Origin: Gemmatimonadaceae bacterium
Lineage (GTDB): Bacteria > Gemmatimonadota > Gemmatimonadetes > Gemmatimonadales > Gemmatimonadaceae
DNA: 45,464 nt
Direction: 5' to 3'
Assembly (NCBI GenBank): GCA_035572355.1
Contig: DATNAT010000329.1
Coordinates: 1 to 45,464, forward strand
The notes beneath the pieces are model-generated. The model was not told where the DNA came from. It ran no database searches and worked only from the letters and a program-made list of their open reading frames with translations. How positions within the stretch are numbered: the stretch's first letter is position 1; each line of letters begins with the position of its first letter. This document shows positions 7,673 through 16,016 of the stretch, in pieces. A program made the translations under genes and the position numbers.

Positions 7673-9520
7673 ATGCGTCGTATCGTGCTCTCGTTGGTCC
7701 TCGCCGTCGCGGCCGGCGGCACGGCGCGAGGCCAGCAGACCGAAGATCTCTACACGATTCCCGCCAAGAGCGCCTACACGCTGCAGAGCTTCGCGGGCAA
7801 ACGGCCGCTGACGCGCGCCGAGCGCACCAATTTCACCGAGACGTCGCACTACGACGACGTCATCACGTTCATCGACTCGCTGAAGCTGCTCGGCGCGAAG
7901 ATCGCCACTGGGTCGATCGGCAAGACGATCGAAGGGCGCGAGCTGCCCTACGTGATCGCCTCGCGCCCGATGGTGTCGACGCCGGCGGAAGCCCGGCGGT
8001 TGCATCGGCCGATTGCGTATATCCAGGCGAACATCCACGCCGGCGAGGTCGAGGGCAAAGAGGCGATGCTCTCGATGCTGCGCGACCTGCTGTTCGACAA
8101 GCGGAAGGATGTGCTCGATTCGGTCGTGCTCATCGTGCAGCCCATCTACAATGCCGATGGCAACGAGAAGTGGGGTCCGCAGTCTCGGAACCGTGGGTCG
8201 CAGAACGGACCCGAGCTCGTCGGCACGCGACAGAACGCTCAGGGCTGGAATCTCAACCGCGACTACGTCGGCGCCGATGCCCCGGAGACGAAAGGCTCGC
8301 TGGCCATGCTCAACGCGTGGAATCCCGATCTGTTCATGGATCTCCACACCACGGACGGCAGCATCCACGGATACGCGCTGACGTACTCGCCGCCTCTCGC
8401 GCCGGCGGCGGTGAACGTGATTCCCTACACGACCAACATGCTCGCCGAGATCCGGCGCCGCATGCTCGACAGAGAAGGCTTTTATGTGAACGACTACGGC
8501 GACTTCAGCCGGCCGCGACCGGGCGGGCGGAGCGCCGCGCCGGGCGGCGCCCTTGGCGGCGGTGGATTCGGGCGCGGTGGAGCCGGTCGCGGCGACAGCA
8601 CCGCTCGCGGGCGCCGCGGCGGCGGATTCAATCGCGGGCCGTCGCTCGAGCAGATGATCGCCGACTCGATCTCGACCAGCGGCTGGGTCTTCTCGACCTA
8701 CGAGCCGTTCGCGCGGTACGGCACCAACTACTACGGGCTGCGCAACCGCGTTGCAATTCTCAGTGAAGCGTTCTCGCACGACCCCTTCGCGCGGCGCGTG
8801 GCATCGACCTACGATTTCGTACACGAGATTCTGTCGTACACCGCCGAGCATGCCGGCGAGATCATGAAGCTCGGGCCCGCCGGCGACGCGAAGGTTCGCG
8901 CCTGGGCGCTCGGCCGGCAGCCGTCGCCCAAGCTGTCGCTCAAATCGCGAATGGACACGACGCGGATCGAAGACGTGCGCGTCGAGGAAGTGCTGCCGCT
9001 CACGGACAGCACGAAGCGCGAAGCCGGACTGGGCAACCGGCAGCGTACCGGAATCATCAAGCTGGTGCGGATGCCGGTGATGGCGAGCTTCACGGCAACC
9101 GAGACGGGCACGCTGCCGTTCGCGTACGCGTTCGACTCGGCGGCGGCCAAGGCGATTCTGCCCATTCTTGGCATCCACGGCATTACCGTCGAGCGGCTCG
9201 ACGCGCCGGCGCGTGTGACCGCTGCAACCTACGCGGTGGACAGCGTGCCCGATCGCGGTCGCTCGGAGACGCCGCGGATGATGAAAGACGTGGCCGGACA
9301 CTGGAACGCGCCGGCGTCGCGTACGCTCGCCCGCGGAAGCTACATCGTGCGCGCCGGCCAGCCGTTCGGGTTGCTCGCCTTCTATCTCCTCGAGCCGGAG
9401 TGCGAGGACGGGCTCGCGCAGTGGAGCTTCTACGACGGCGTGCTCGAGCCGCACGCGGATTTTCCGATCGTGCGCGTCGAGAAGCCGGCGACAGTCACCT
9501 CGCACATCGTCCGCGACTGA
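7673..9520 (+). CDS. Secreted M14-family zinc carboxypeptidase
   Basis: The signal peptide is MRRIVLSLVLAVAAGGTARGQ. The zinc motif HxxE lies in ANIHAGEVEG, followed by WNLNRDY and DLHTTDGS, which resemble the M14 substrate and zinc residues. Confidence 0.75.
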   Translation: MRRIVLSLVLAVAAGGTARGQQTEDLYTIPAKSAYTLQSFAGKRPLTRAERTNFTETSHYDDVITFIDSLKLLGAKIATGSIGKTIEGRELPYVIASRPMVSTPAEARRLHRPIAYIQANIHAGEVEGKEAMLSMLRDLLFDKRKDVLDSVVLIVQPIYNADGNEKWGPQSRNRGSQNGPELVGTRQNAQGWNLNRDYVGADAPETKGSLAMLNAWNPDLFMDLHTTDGSIHGYALTYSPPLAPAAVNVIPYTTNMLAEIRRRMLDREGFYVNDYGDFSRPRPGGRSAAPGGALGGGGFGRGGAGRGDSTARGRRGGGFNRGPSLEQMIADSISTSGWVFSTYEPFARYGTNYYGLRNRVAILSEAFSHDPFARRVASTYDFVHEILSYTAEHAGEIMKLGPAGDAKVRAWALGRQPSPKLSLKSRMDTTRIEDVRVEEVLPLTDSTKREAGLGNRQRTGIIKLVRMPVMASFTATETGTLPFAYAFDSAAAKAILPILGIHGITVERLDAPARVTAATYAVDSVPDRGRSETPRMMKDVAGHWNAPASRTLARGSYIVRAGQPFGLLAFYLLEPECEDGLAQWSFYDGVLEPHADFPIVRVEKPATVTSHIVRD

Positions 9521-10464
9521 TGCTGCGTTCCACGCTGCTCTATCTGTCGAATCAGCCGCGCGTCTATCGATTCGTCCGCAACAACGGTCTCGCCAAACGG
9601 TTTGCCAAGCGGTTCGTGGCCGGCGAAGTGCTCGACGACGCGCTCGCCGCGGTGCGCGCCCTGAACGCCAAGGGGATCACCGCTTCACTCGATCTCCTCG
9701 GCGAGAGCGTGACGAACGAGCGCGAGGCACGGAGCGCGGCGAATGCCTATCGCGACATCCTCGACCGGATCCACGCCCAGCAGCTCGACGCCAACGTCTC
9801 GCTCAAGCTCACGGCGATGGGGCTCGACATCTCGGAGGAGCTCTGCGTCGACATCGTGGCCGGCGTGCTCGAGAAGGCGCAGTCATACGACACGTTCGTT
9901 CGTCTCGACATGGAGTCGAGCGCCTACACTGACCGGACGCTGCGGCTGTTCGAGGACCGGCTCTACCCGGCGTACAAAGAGAACGTCGGCATCGTCCTCC
10001 AGAGCTATCTCTATCGCACCTGGTCGGACGTCGAGCGCGCGATCCAGCTTCGCTGCCGCGTGCGTCTCTGCAAGGGCGCGTACAAGGAGCCAGCCGCCGT
10101 CGCCTTTCCCGACAAACGCGACGTCGACCGGAACTACGTGAAGTGTCTGCACGCCCTGCTCGAGCGCGGACACTACCCGGGCGTCGCCACGCACGATCCG
10201 GCGATCATCGCCGAGGCCAAGCGATACGCCGCCGATCATCAGATTCCAAACTCGCGATTCGAATTTCAGATGTTGTATGGCGTGCGCCGCGACCTTCAGG
10301 AGCAGCTCGTCGGGGAAGGCTATGGCATGCGCGTCTACGTTCCGTTCGGTACGCAGTGGTATCCCTATCTCATGCGCCGCCTCGCCGAGCGGCCGGCCAA
10401 CGTCGCCTTCATCACCGGCAACATCGCCCGCGAGATGCTCGGCGGAAGGAGGCGGCAGGGATGA
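9520..10464 (+). CDS. Proline dehydrogenase (monofunctional PutA-type PRODH)
   Basis: MLRSTLLYLSNQPRVYRFV...RFVAGE...ASLDLLGE...VRLCKGAY.E...GVATHD...FEFQMLYGVR is the typical PRODH barrel pattern. The ATG at 9520 shares one base with the M14 stop (TGATG). Confidence 0.8.
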   Translation: MLRSTLLYLSNQPRVYRFVRNNGLAKRFAKRFVAGEVLDDALAAVRALNAKGITASLDLLGESVTNEREARSAANAYRDILDRIHAQQLDANVSLKLTAMGLDISEELCVDIVAGVLEKAQSYDTFVRLDMESSAYTDRTLRLFEDRLYPAYKENVGIVLQSYLYRTWSDVERAIQLRCRVRLCKGAYKEPAAVAFPDKRDVDRNYVKCLHALLERGHYPGVATHDPAIIAEAKRYAADHQIPNSRFEFQMLYGVRRDLQEQLVGEGYGMRVYVPFGTQWYPYLMRRLAERPANVAFITGNIAREMLGGRRRQG

Positions 10465-10862
10465 TGGCTGCCGCGCGGTTCGTCCCGCCCGATCACTCGA
10501 AGGGTGATGAGGCGACGATCGGCGGCTATGCGGCCGTGCACGACCGCCCGGCGGCGTTCGAGGGCGCCGACGGATTTTCTTATAGTGTCGAGATCATGGC
10601 CGAGCAAGCGGCCGCGCCGGATGGTCCGTGGGTCGCGTTCTTTCTGTTCGTGAAATGGGCGCGAATCGGCGCGCAATCACCCGAGGGGCACTTGGAAAGC
10701 GATTACCTCGCTCGCGGCGCAACCGAAGCCGACGCGCGCCAAGCGCTCGGACGCACGCGGCTCGACGAGGTGAAGCGCCTGCTCGACGCGCTGATCGCCG
10801 AACGACGACAGGGCGCGGCGACGCGGCCTTGGTGGGACGCGATGCGCGACGAGGGCGAGTGA
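10461..10862 (+). CDS. Hypothetical protein (133 aa)
   Basis: The ATG at 10461 overlaps the PRODH stop (ATGA). Third-position GC is high and I recognise no motif (MMAAARFVPPDHSKGDEATIGGYAAV...). Confidence 0.5.
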   Translation: MMAAARFVPPDHSKGDEATIGGYAAVHDRPAAFEGADGFSYSVEIMAEQAAAPDGPWVAFFLFVKWARIGAQSPEGHLESDYLARGATEADARQALGRTRLDEVKRLLDALIAERRQGAATRPWWDAMRDEGE

Positions 10863-11842
10863 CATCCGACGTCGAGATGACCGGTGTCGTGCTCAGTGGA
10901 ACGGGCGGCGTGTGGCGCGTGCGTACGGCGAGCGGCGACACCGTCGACGTCTCGCTCCGCGGCAGACTGAAAAAATCCGATGCTGGCCGCCGCGCCGACG
11001 GCTCGCTGCGGCGCGACACCGTCGCAGCGCGTGCCGGAACGCTCAAGCTCGCCGTCGGCGACGACGTGCGCCTCGAGCGGGCTGAACGCGGCCAGGAGTG
11101 GGCGATCGCCGAGATCCTGCCGCGCCGCTCGAAGCTCGCCCGGCGCGCGCCCGGCGGAGGGCAGGGAGAGCGGATCGTCGCCGCCAACGTCGACCAGGTC
11201 GTCGTCGTCTTCGCCGCGGCAAACCCGGAGCCGCACGTGCGCATGCTCGACCGCTTTCTCGTCATCGCCGAAGGAAACGAGCTCGCGGCTCGCATCATCA
11301 TCAACAAAGTCGATCTCGTCGGTGAGGCGCCGGCGCGTGCGCGCTTCGCGGCGTATGCACGCGCGGGCTACATGATCGAGTATACGAGCACCAAAGCCCG
11401 CATCGGGCTCGACGAGGTGCGCGGGCTGCTCGCCGGCCGTCGCTCGGTGCTGAGCGGCCCGTCGGGCGTCGGGAAGTCGTCGCTGCTCAACGCCATCTTT
11501 CCCGGCGCCGATCTGCGCGTGGGCGCGATCAGCGAATCGGTCAACAAAGGGCGCCATACCACCGTCGGCTCGTTGATGCTCCCACTTCCCGACGAGGCGG
11601 GCGGCTACGTGATCGACACACCCGGCCTGCGCGAGGTCGGCCTCTGGGACGTTCCCGTCGAGCGACTGGATGGCTTCTTCCCGGAGATACGCTCGCTACG
11701 GGCCGGCTGCAGATTCGCCGACTGCCGCCACGTCGCGGAACCGGAATGTGCGGTGCGCGACGCCGTCTGCCGCGGCGAGTTCAGCGAGGAGCGATACGAC
11801 AGCTACCGGCGGCTGCGCGACGAGCTCGAAGCGGCTCGCTGA
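10859..11842 (+). CDS. rsgA: Ribosome small-subunit-dependent GTPase A
   Basis: The circularly permuted GTPase motifs are NKVDL, LSGPSGVGKSSLLN and DTPGLRE. The C-terminal zinc knuckle is CRFADCRHVAEPECAV. The GTG at 10859 overlaps the upstream stop (GTGA); an ATG at 10877 is an alternative start. Confidence 0.9.
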   Translation: MTSDVEMTGVVLSGTGGVWRVRTASGDTVDVSLRGRLKKSDAGRRADGSLRRDTVAARAGTLKLAVGDDVRLERAERGQEWAIAEILPRRSKLARRAPGGGQGERIVAANVDQVVVVFAAANPEPHVRMLDRFLVIAEGNELAARIIINKVDLVGEAPARARFAAYARAGYMIEYTSTKARIGLDEVRGLLAGRRSVLSGPSGVGKSSLLNAIFPGADLRVGAISESVNKGRHTTVGSLMLPLPDEAGGYVIDTPGLREVGLWDVPVERLDGFFPEIRSLRAGCRFADCRHVAEPECAVRDAVCRGEFSEERYDSYRRLRDELEAAR

Positions 11843-11847
11843 CACCG

Positions 11848-11870
11848 GCGTCGACGCTCTGCGTCGACGC
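11848..11870. terminator. Perfect 10-bp hairpin between convergent rsgA and the GntR gene (bidirectional terminator candidate)
   Basis: The sequence reads GCGTCGACGC tct GCGTCGACGC, and each arm is itself palindromic. It sits in the 34-nt gap between the two stop codons. Confidence 0.5.
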
Positions 11871-11876
11871 GCGCTG

Positions 11877-12653
11877 CTACCAGGAGCCGCGTTCGCCGGC
11901 CATCGCGATCACCTTGCTCAGCCGGTCGGCGGCGTGCCGCCAGTTCACCTGCACCGCGAGCTCGGCGTCGTCCGCGCGTCCTTCGTCGATTGCCGCCGTG
12001 ATGATGTCGTGCTCGTAGACCGACGTGCGAATGTCGCTGGTGAGCATGCTGATGTACATCCGAATGTACCGCTCGGCCTGCGGCTTCACCGCGTCGTGTA
12101 GCGCGAGCAGCCGCGGCCCCGCGCTCGCTTCGATGATCCGGCGATGAAAGCGTTGGTCGGCGTCGTACAGTGCCGAGTGGTCGATCGGGAGCGCCTTCCC
12201 GGCGCGGTGGAACTCGCCGTTCAGCGCCTTGAGGTCGCGCACCAGATTGCGCCGGTCGTTCACGGCAAGCTGCGCGGCGATGCGCGACCCCAACCCTTCG
12301 AGCGCACCGACGATGTTGAGCAGCTCGTACACGTCGTCGCGCGTGAGCGGTGCTACCGTCAGGCGCGACTGCTGCGCGCCCGGTGAGCCGTTGACGTAGC
12401 CTTCCTGCTGCAACCGCTGCAGCGCCTCGCGCACTGGCGTGCGGCTCACGCCAAGGCGCGTTGCGATCTCGGTCTCGACGATCCGGCTGCCCGGCGCGAG
12501 CAGGCCCTGGACGATGAGGTCGCGCAGGCGGGTGTAAACCTGTTCGGGGCGCGACCCGTGGGGAGCGTCAGCAGCGCTTCCAAGTGGAAGCTCGCCGCCG
12601 GCGCCGTCGCCGATCAGGATTGCCCGAGGTGTTGGTTTGCGCGCAGAAGTCAT
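11877..12653 (-). CDS. GntR-family transcriptional regulator (FadR/FCD subfamily)
   Basis: The winged-helix part reads VYTRLRDLIVQGLLAPGSRIVETEIATRLGVSRTPVREALQRLQQEGYV. The C-terminal all-helical part looks FCD-like (FHRRIIEASAGPRL). Confidence 0.85.
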   Translation of the reverse strand: MTSARKPTPRAILIGDGAGGELPLGSAADAPHGSRPEQVYTRLRDLIVQGLLAPGSRIVETEIATRLGVSRTPVREALQRLQQEGYVNGSPGAQQSRLTVAPLTRDDVYELLNIVGALEGLGSRIAAQLAVNDRRNLVRDLKALNGEFHRAGKALPIDHSALYDADQRFHRRIIEASAGPRLLALHDAVKPQAERYIRMYISMLTSDIRTSVYEHDIITAAIDEGRADDAELAVQVNWRHAADRLSKVIAMAGERGSW

Positions 12654-12780
12654 GCGGAGGGTGCGTTAATACTGGCGCAGGGCGCCGACCACGGCAACCA
12701 CGACGCAGCCGTTGCTCGATTTCTTTACGGACGCGACATTGTCAGCCACCCATGAATCGCCGCGACGCGTTGTCATCGAT

Positions 12781-13044
12781 ATGAGCTGGGCGCTCGACGA
12801 ATTCTTCGCGGCCGTCGAGGAGGAGTTCAACGTGCCGATCGGCGCCGCCGAGGATCAGTTCCTCGAAACGCCTGGCGCCGTGATCGACTTCATTGCCGAC
12901 AATACCGAGCCGAGCGACGGAATGACCGACGAGGAGCACCGCGATCACGTCGCCGGTGTCGTCGGCGAGATCATGGCACGAACGCTTGGCGTCACCCGCT
13001 ACGCGGAAGGTTCGCGCTTCATTCAGGATCTCCACATCCGATGA
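12781..13044 (+). CDS. Small acidic acyl-carrier-protein-like protein (atypical)
   Basis: MSWALDEFFAAVEEEFNVPIGAAEDQFLETPGAVIDFI aligns by eye with ACP helices II-IV ([38 protein letters not shown]). The stop overlaps the dinB start (ATGA). The track gives a TTG at 12712, but third-position GC only becomes high after the ATG at 12781. Confidence 0.5.
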   Translation: MSWALDEFFAAVEEEFNVPIGAAEDQFLETPGAVIDFIADNTEPSDGMTDEEHRDHVAGVVGEIMARTLGVTRYAEGSRFIQDLHIR

Positions 13045-14258
13045 GCGACCGGCGAATCCTCCTCGCCGATGCCGACGCGTTCTTCGTCGCCGTAGCGCGC
13101 CTGGTCGATCCTGACGGCGCCGGAAAATCTCCGCTGCTCGTCGTCGGCGGGCGGCGCGGCGGGCGCGGTGTCGTGTGCTCGGCGTCGTACGAAGCGCGAA
13201 AATTCGGCGTGCGTTCGGCGATGCCGATCGCGCGCGCGGAACGCTTGTGTCCCGACGCGATGTTCGTTCCCGTGCCGCGAAAAATATGCGGCGAGAAGAG
13301 CCGCGAGATTCGCGGGGTGCTCGAGCGGTTCTCGCCGGTCGTCGAGGGCGCGAGCGTCGACGAATGGTACCTCGACCTCGGCGGCACCGAATCGCTCTAT
13401 GCGGGCGAGCCGCTGGCCGATACGGCGTCGCGCATTCGAACGGCCGTCACGGCGGCGACGGGTTTGTCGGTGTCGCTCGGCGGCGGCACGTCGAAGCTCG
13501 TTGCCAAGCTCGCGGTCGAACGAGCAAAACCGAAACCTGGTACGGGCGCGACCGGCGTTCATATCGTCGCCGCGGGTGGCGAGGCGGATTTTCTCGCGAC
13601 GTTCGAGCTGGCCGAGATTCCATTGATCGGTCCACGCTTCCAGGAGCGGCTGGCGCGGCTCGGCATGCGTCGTGTGACCGACGTGCTGCAATACGACCTC
13701 GCGACGCTCGCGCAGTGGCTCGGCGAGCGGGAGGCGGACTGGCTGTACGATCGGGTGCGCGGCATCGACGCCCGCGACGTGGAGGGTCACGGCGACGCAA
13801 AGAGCATCAGCCGGGACGAAACGTTCGGCGCCGACCTGGACGACGATGACGATCTGCGCCGCGAGCTGCTGGCCCTCGTCACGCGCGCCGCCACCGACCT
13901 TCGCGCCGACGGGCTCACTGCGCGAACGATCACCGTGCGCATTCGCGACCACGACTTCAAGACGCGACAGGCGAGCCGGACGCTCGACGCGCCGGTGATC
14001 ACGGACCGCGTCATCCTCGAAGTGTCGCACCGGCTGCTCGACAAGCTTCGGCGGGCGCGCCGTGTGCCGGCGCGGTTGATCGGCGTCGGGCTGTCGTCGC
14101 TTGCCGCCGATGCGACGGCGGACCAACTCGCACTGTTCGAGACCGCCGACTCGCGGCTCGCCGAAACGGAGCGCGATCGCGTGCTCGCGCGAACCGTGGA
14201 TCATCTCCGCGCAAAGTTCGGCGACCGCGGCATCATGCCGGCGCGGCTCGTCGACTAG
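13041..14258 (+). CDS. dinB: DNA polymerase IV (Y-family)
   Basis: ILLADADAFFVAVARLVDP...VVCSASYEARKFGVRSAMP...SVDEWYLDL are the canonical DinB/UmuC palm motifs. Confidence 0.9.
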   Translation: MSDRRILLADADAFFVAVARLVDPDGAGKSPLLVVGGRRGGRGVVCSASYEARKFGVRSAMPIARAERLCPDAMFVPVPRKICGEKSREIRGVLERFSPVVEGASVDEWYLDLGGTESLYAGEPLADTASRIRTAVTAATGLSVSLGGGTSKLVAKLAVERAKPKPGTGATGVHIVAAGGEADFLATFELAEIPLIGPRFQERLARLGMRRVTDVLQYDLATLAQWLGEREADWLYDRVRGIDARDVEGHGDAKSISRDETFGADLDDDDDLRRELLALVTRAATDLRADGLTARTITVRIRDHDFKTRQASRTLDAPVITDRVILEVSHRLLDKLRRARRVPARLIGVGLSSLAADATADQLALFETADSRLAETERDRVLARTVDHLRAKFGDRGIMPARLVD

Positions 14259-14983
14259 CGCTTCGCCGCTGGCTTCTTTCGGGCCGCGCGCTTCTTGGTC
14301 GATTGCGCGGCGGCTTTTCGAGGCGTGCGGTTGCTCGTCCAGACGCGCCGCGCGCGCGAGCCTATCTCGTCCATCGTCCGGCCTGTCGCGACAGAGGTGG
14401 TCTCGTCGGCCACGATGTCGAAGGTTGCGTCCGCGGTCTCGTCGCGGTGCTTGATGAGAAGCCACTGCGCGCGGTCCGATTCGTCGCGCCACATGCGCAC
14501 GAGCACCCAACCGCCAACGAGCCGCTTGCCGTGCATCACGATCTTCAGATCGCCGCGCTCGTACCCGGCGCGCAGCGAGGCCGCTCCGCCGCCGTCTTCC
14601 GCCTCGTACGTGCCGCGGTCCCACACCATGACCGTCCCGCCGCCGTACTCGCCTTTCGGAATCGTTCCCTCGAAGGTGTTGTACTCGATCGGGTGATCCT
14701 CGACCTCCATTGCCAACCGTCGCACTGTGGGGTCGTAGCTGGGACCTTTGGGAACGGCCCAGCTCTTCATCACGCCGTCGAGCTCGAGTCGAAAGTCGAA
14801 GTGCAAATGGCTCGCTGCGTGTTTCTGAACGACGAAGCGCAGCGCGCGCGCCGACTTCTTGCGCGCAGCCGATCCTTCGGGCTCCCTGGTCTTGGTGAAA
14901 TCGCGCTTGCGCTGATATTCGCCGAGTGGTTTGGCTCTGGTCGCGCGGCGCTTGCCAGTCGTGCGAGTCGTGCGGCTCTTCAT
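14255..14983 (-). CDS. Stand-alone LigD-type 3'-phosphoesterase (PE) domain protein with basic C-terminal tail
   Basis: FVVQKHAASHLHFDFRLELDGVMKSWAVPKGPS...EDHPIEY...GGGTVMVWDRGTY...LKIVMHGKRLVGGWVLVR is the LigD PE signature. No ligase or polymerase domain follows. The tail reads KKRAARKKPAAKR. Confidence 0.8.
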   Translation of the reverse strand: MKSRTTRTTGKRRATRAKPLGEYQRKRDFTKTREPEGSAARKKSARALRFVVQKHAASHLHFDFRLELDGVMKSWAVPKGPSYDPTVRRLAMEVEDHPIEYNTFEGTIPKGEYGGGTVMVWDRGTYEAEDGGGAASLRAGYERGDLKIVMHGKRLVGGWVLVRMWRDESDRAQWLLIKHRDETADATFDIVADETTSVATGRTMDEIGSRARRVWTSNRTPRKAAAQSTKKRAARKKPAAKR

Positions 14984-15038
14984 TGGCGCTTCCTCCGCCG
15001 TACGAATCGGGCAAGGCGCATGCCCGGCGCTGCCGCGC

Positions 15039-16016
15039 TCAGGTGTCGCCGCGCCGCACGCTCATCGTGATCATCGCCACGCCAGCGAGGATGATCGCGG
15101 CCGCGATGAGCGTGCGTGCGGTGACGGGCTCGCCGGCGACTGCCCATCCGAGAAAGACCGCGACGAGCGGATTCACATAGGCGTACGTCGACGCTTTTGC
15201 CGGCGTCACCGCTTGCAGGAGATAGATGTAGGCGGTGAATCCGATGAGCGAGCCGAAGGTCACGAGATAAACCCACCCGATCCACGATGCGGCGGAGATC
15301 TGCGTTGGGTGAAGGCGCGCCGGCTCGCCGATCGCGGCTCCGATCACGAGCAGCGCGACGCTTCCCGCGAGCATCTGCATTCCCGTCGACATCGCGGCCG
15401 AACGCGGCCGCGCGCCGTAGCGGTTGTAGACTGATCCAGCGGCCCAACCGAGCGACGAGACGATCAGTACGAGCGCGGCCACGAGATCGATCCCGCCCGT
15501 ACTGTCGCCTGTCGCACCGGGCTTCACGAGCACGAACAGTCCGGCGAGTCCCACGACGACGCCGAGCATGACGCGGCCCCGAGGGCGGCGTCCGTGCGGG
15601 CCAGCCCAGTCGAGCAACACCATCCAGAGCGGTACCACCGCGACGAGAAGCGCCGCGAGACCGGATGGAACCCGCAGCTCCGCCCACGACACGCTTCCAT
15701 TGCCGAAGCCAAGCATCAACCCGCCGGCAATCGCCGCGTCACGCCACTCGCGCCGCGTCGGCCGCGGCGCGCCGCGCAGCCGCGCCCACCAATAGAGAAT
15801 CGCGCCCGAGACGATGAACCGCGCTCCCACCATGAAAAAGGGCGGGATGGTTTGCACGGCGTACCGAATCGCGAGGTACGTCGAACCCCAGACGATGTAG
15901 ACGGCCGCGAACGCCGCGATCACCCGAGCGCGCGGGTACGTCGCCTCCTGTGGTGCGGCCGCGCTCGCGCCGTACGCCGGTTCGCCGACCGGCTCGGCGA
16001 CGCGGCCGCTGGTCAA
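15039..16016 (-). CDS. EamA/DMT-superfamily transporter
   Basis: There are ten predicted hydrophobic segments, and AAFAAVYIVWGSTYLAIRY plus a second EamA-like half. I trimmed the start to the TTG at 16016, which overlaps the upstream stop (TTGA). The start is uncertain: a GTG at 15923 is an alternative, and the track ORF extends to 16205 inside the neighbouring gene. Confidence 0.75.
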   Translation of the reverse strand: MTSGRVAEPVGEPAYGASAAAPQEATYPRARVIAAFAAVYIVWGSTYLAIRYAVQTIPPFFMVGARFIVSGAILYWWARLRGAPRPTRREWRDAAIAGGLMLGFGNGSVSWAELRVPSGLAALLVAVVPLWMVLLDWAGPHGRRPRGRVMLGVVVGLAGLFVLVKPGATGDSTGGIDLVAALVLIVSSLGWAAGSVYNRYGARPRSAAMSTGMQMLAGSVALLVIGAAIGEPARLHPTQISAASWIGWVYLVTFGSLIGFTAYIYLLQAVTPAKASTYAYVNPLVAVFLGWAVAGEPVTARTLIAAAIILAGVAMITMSVRRGDT

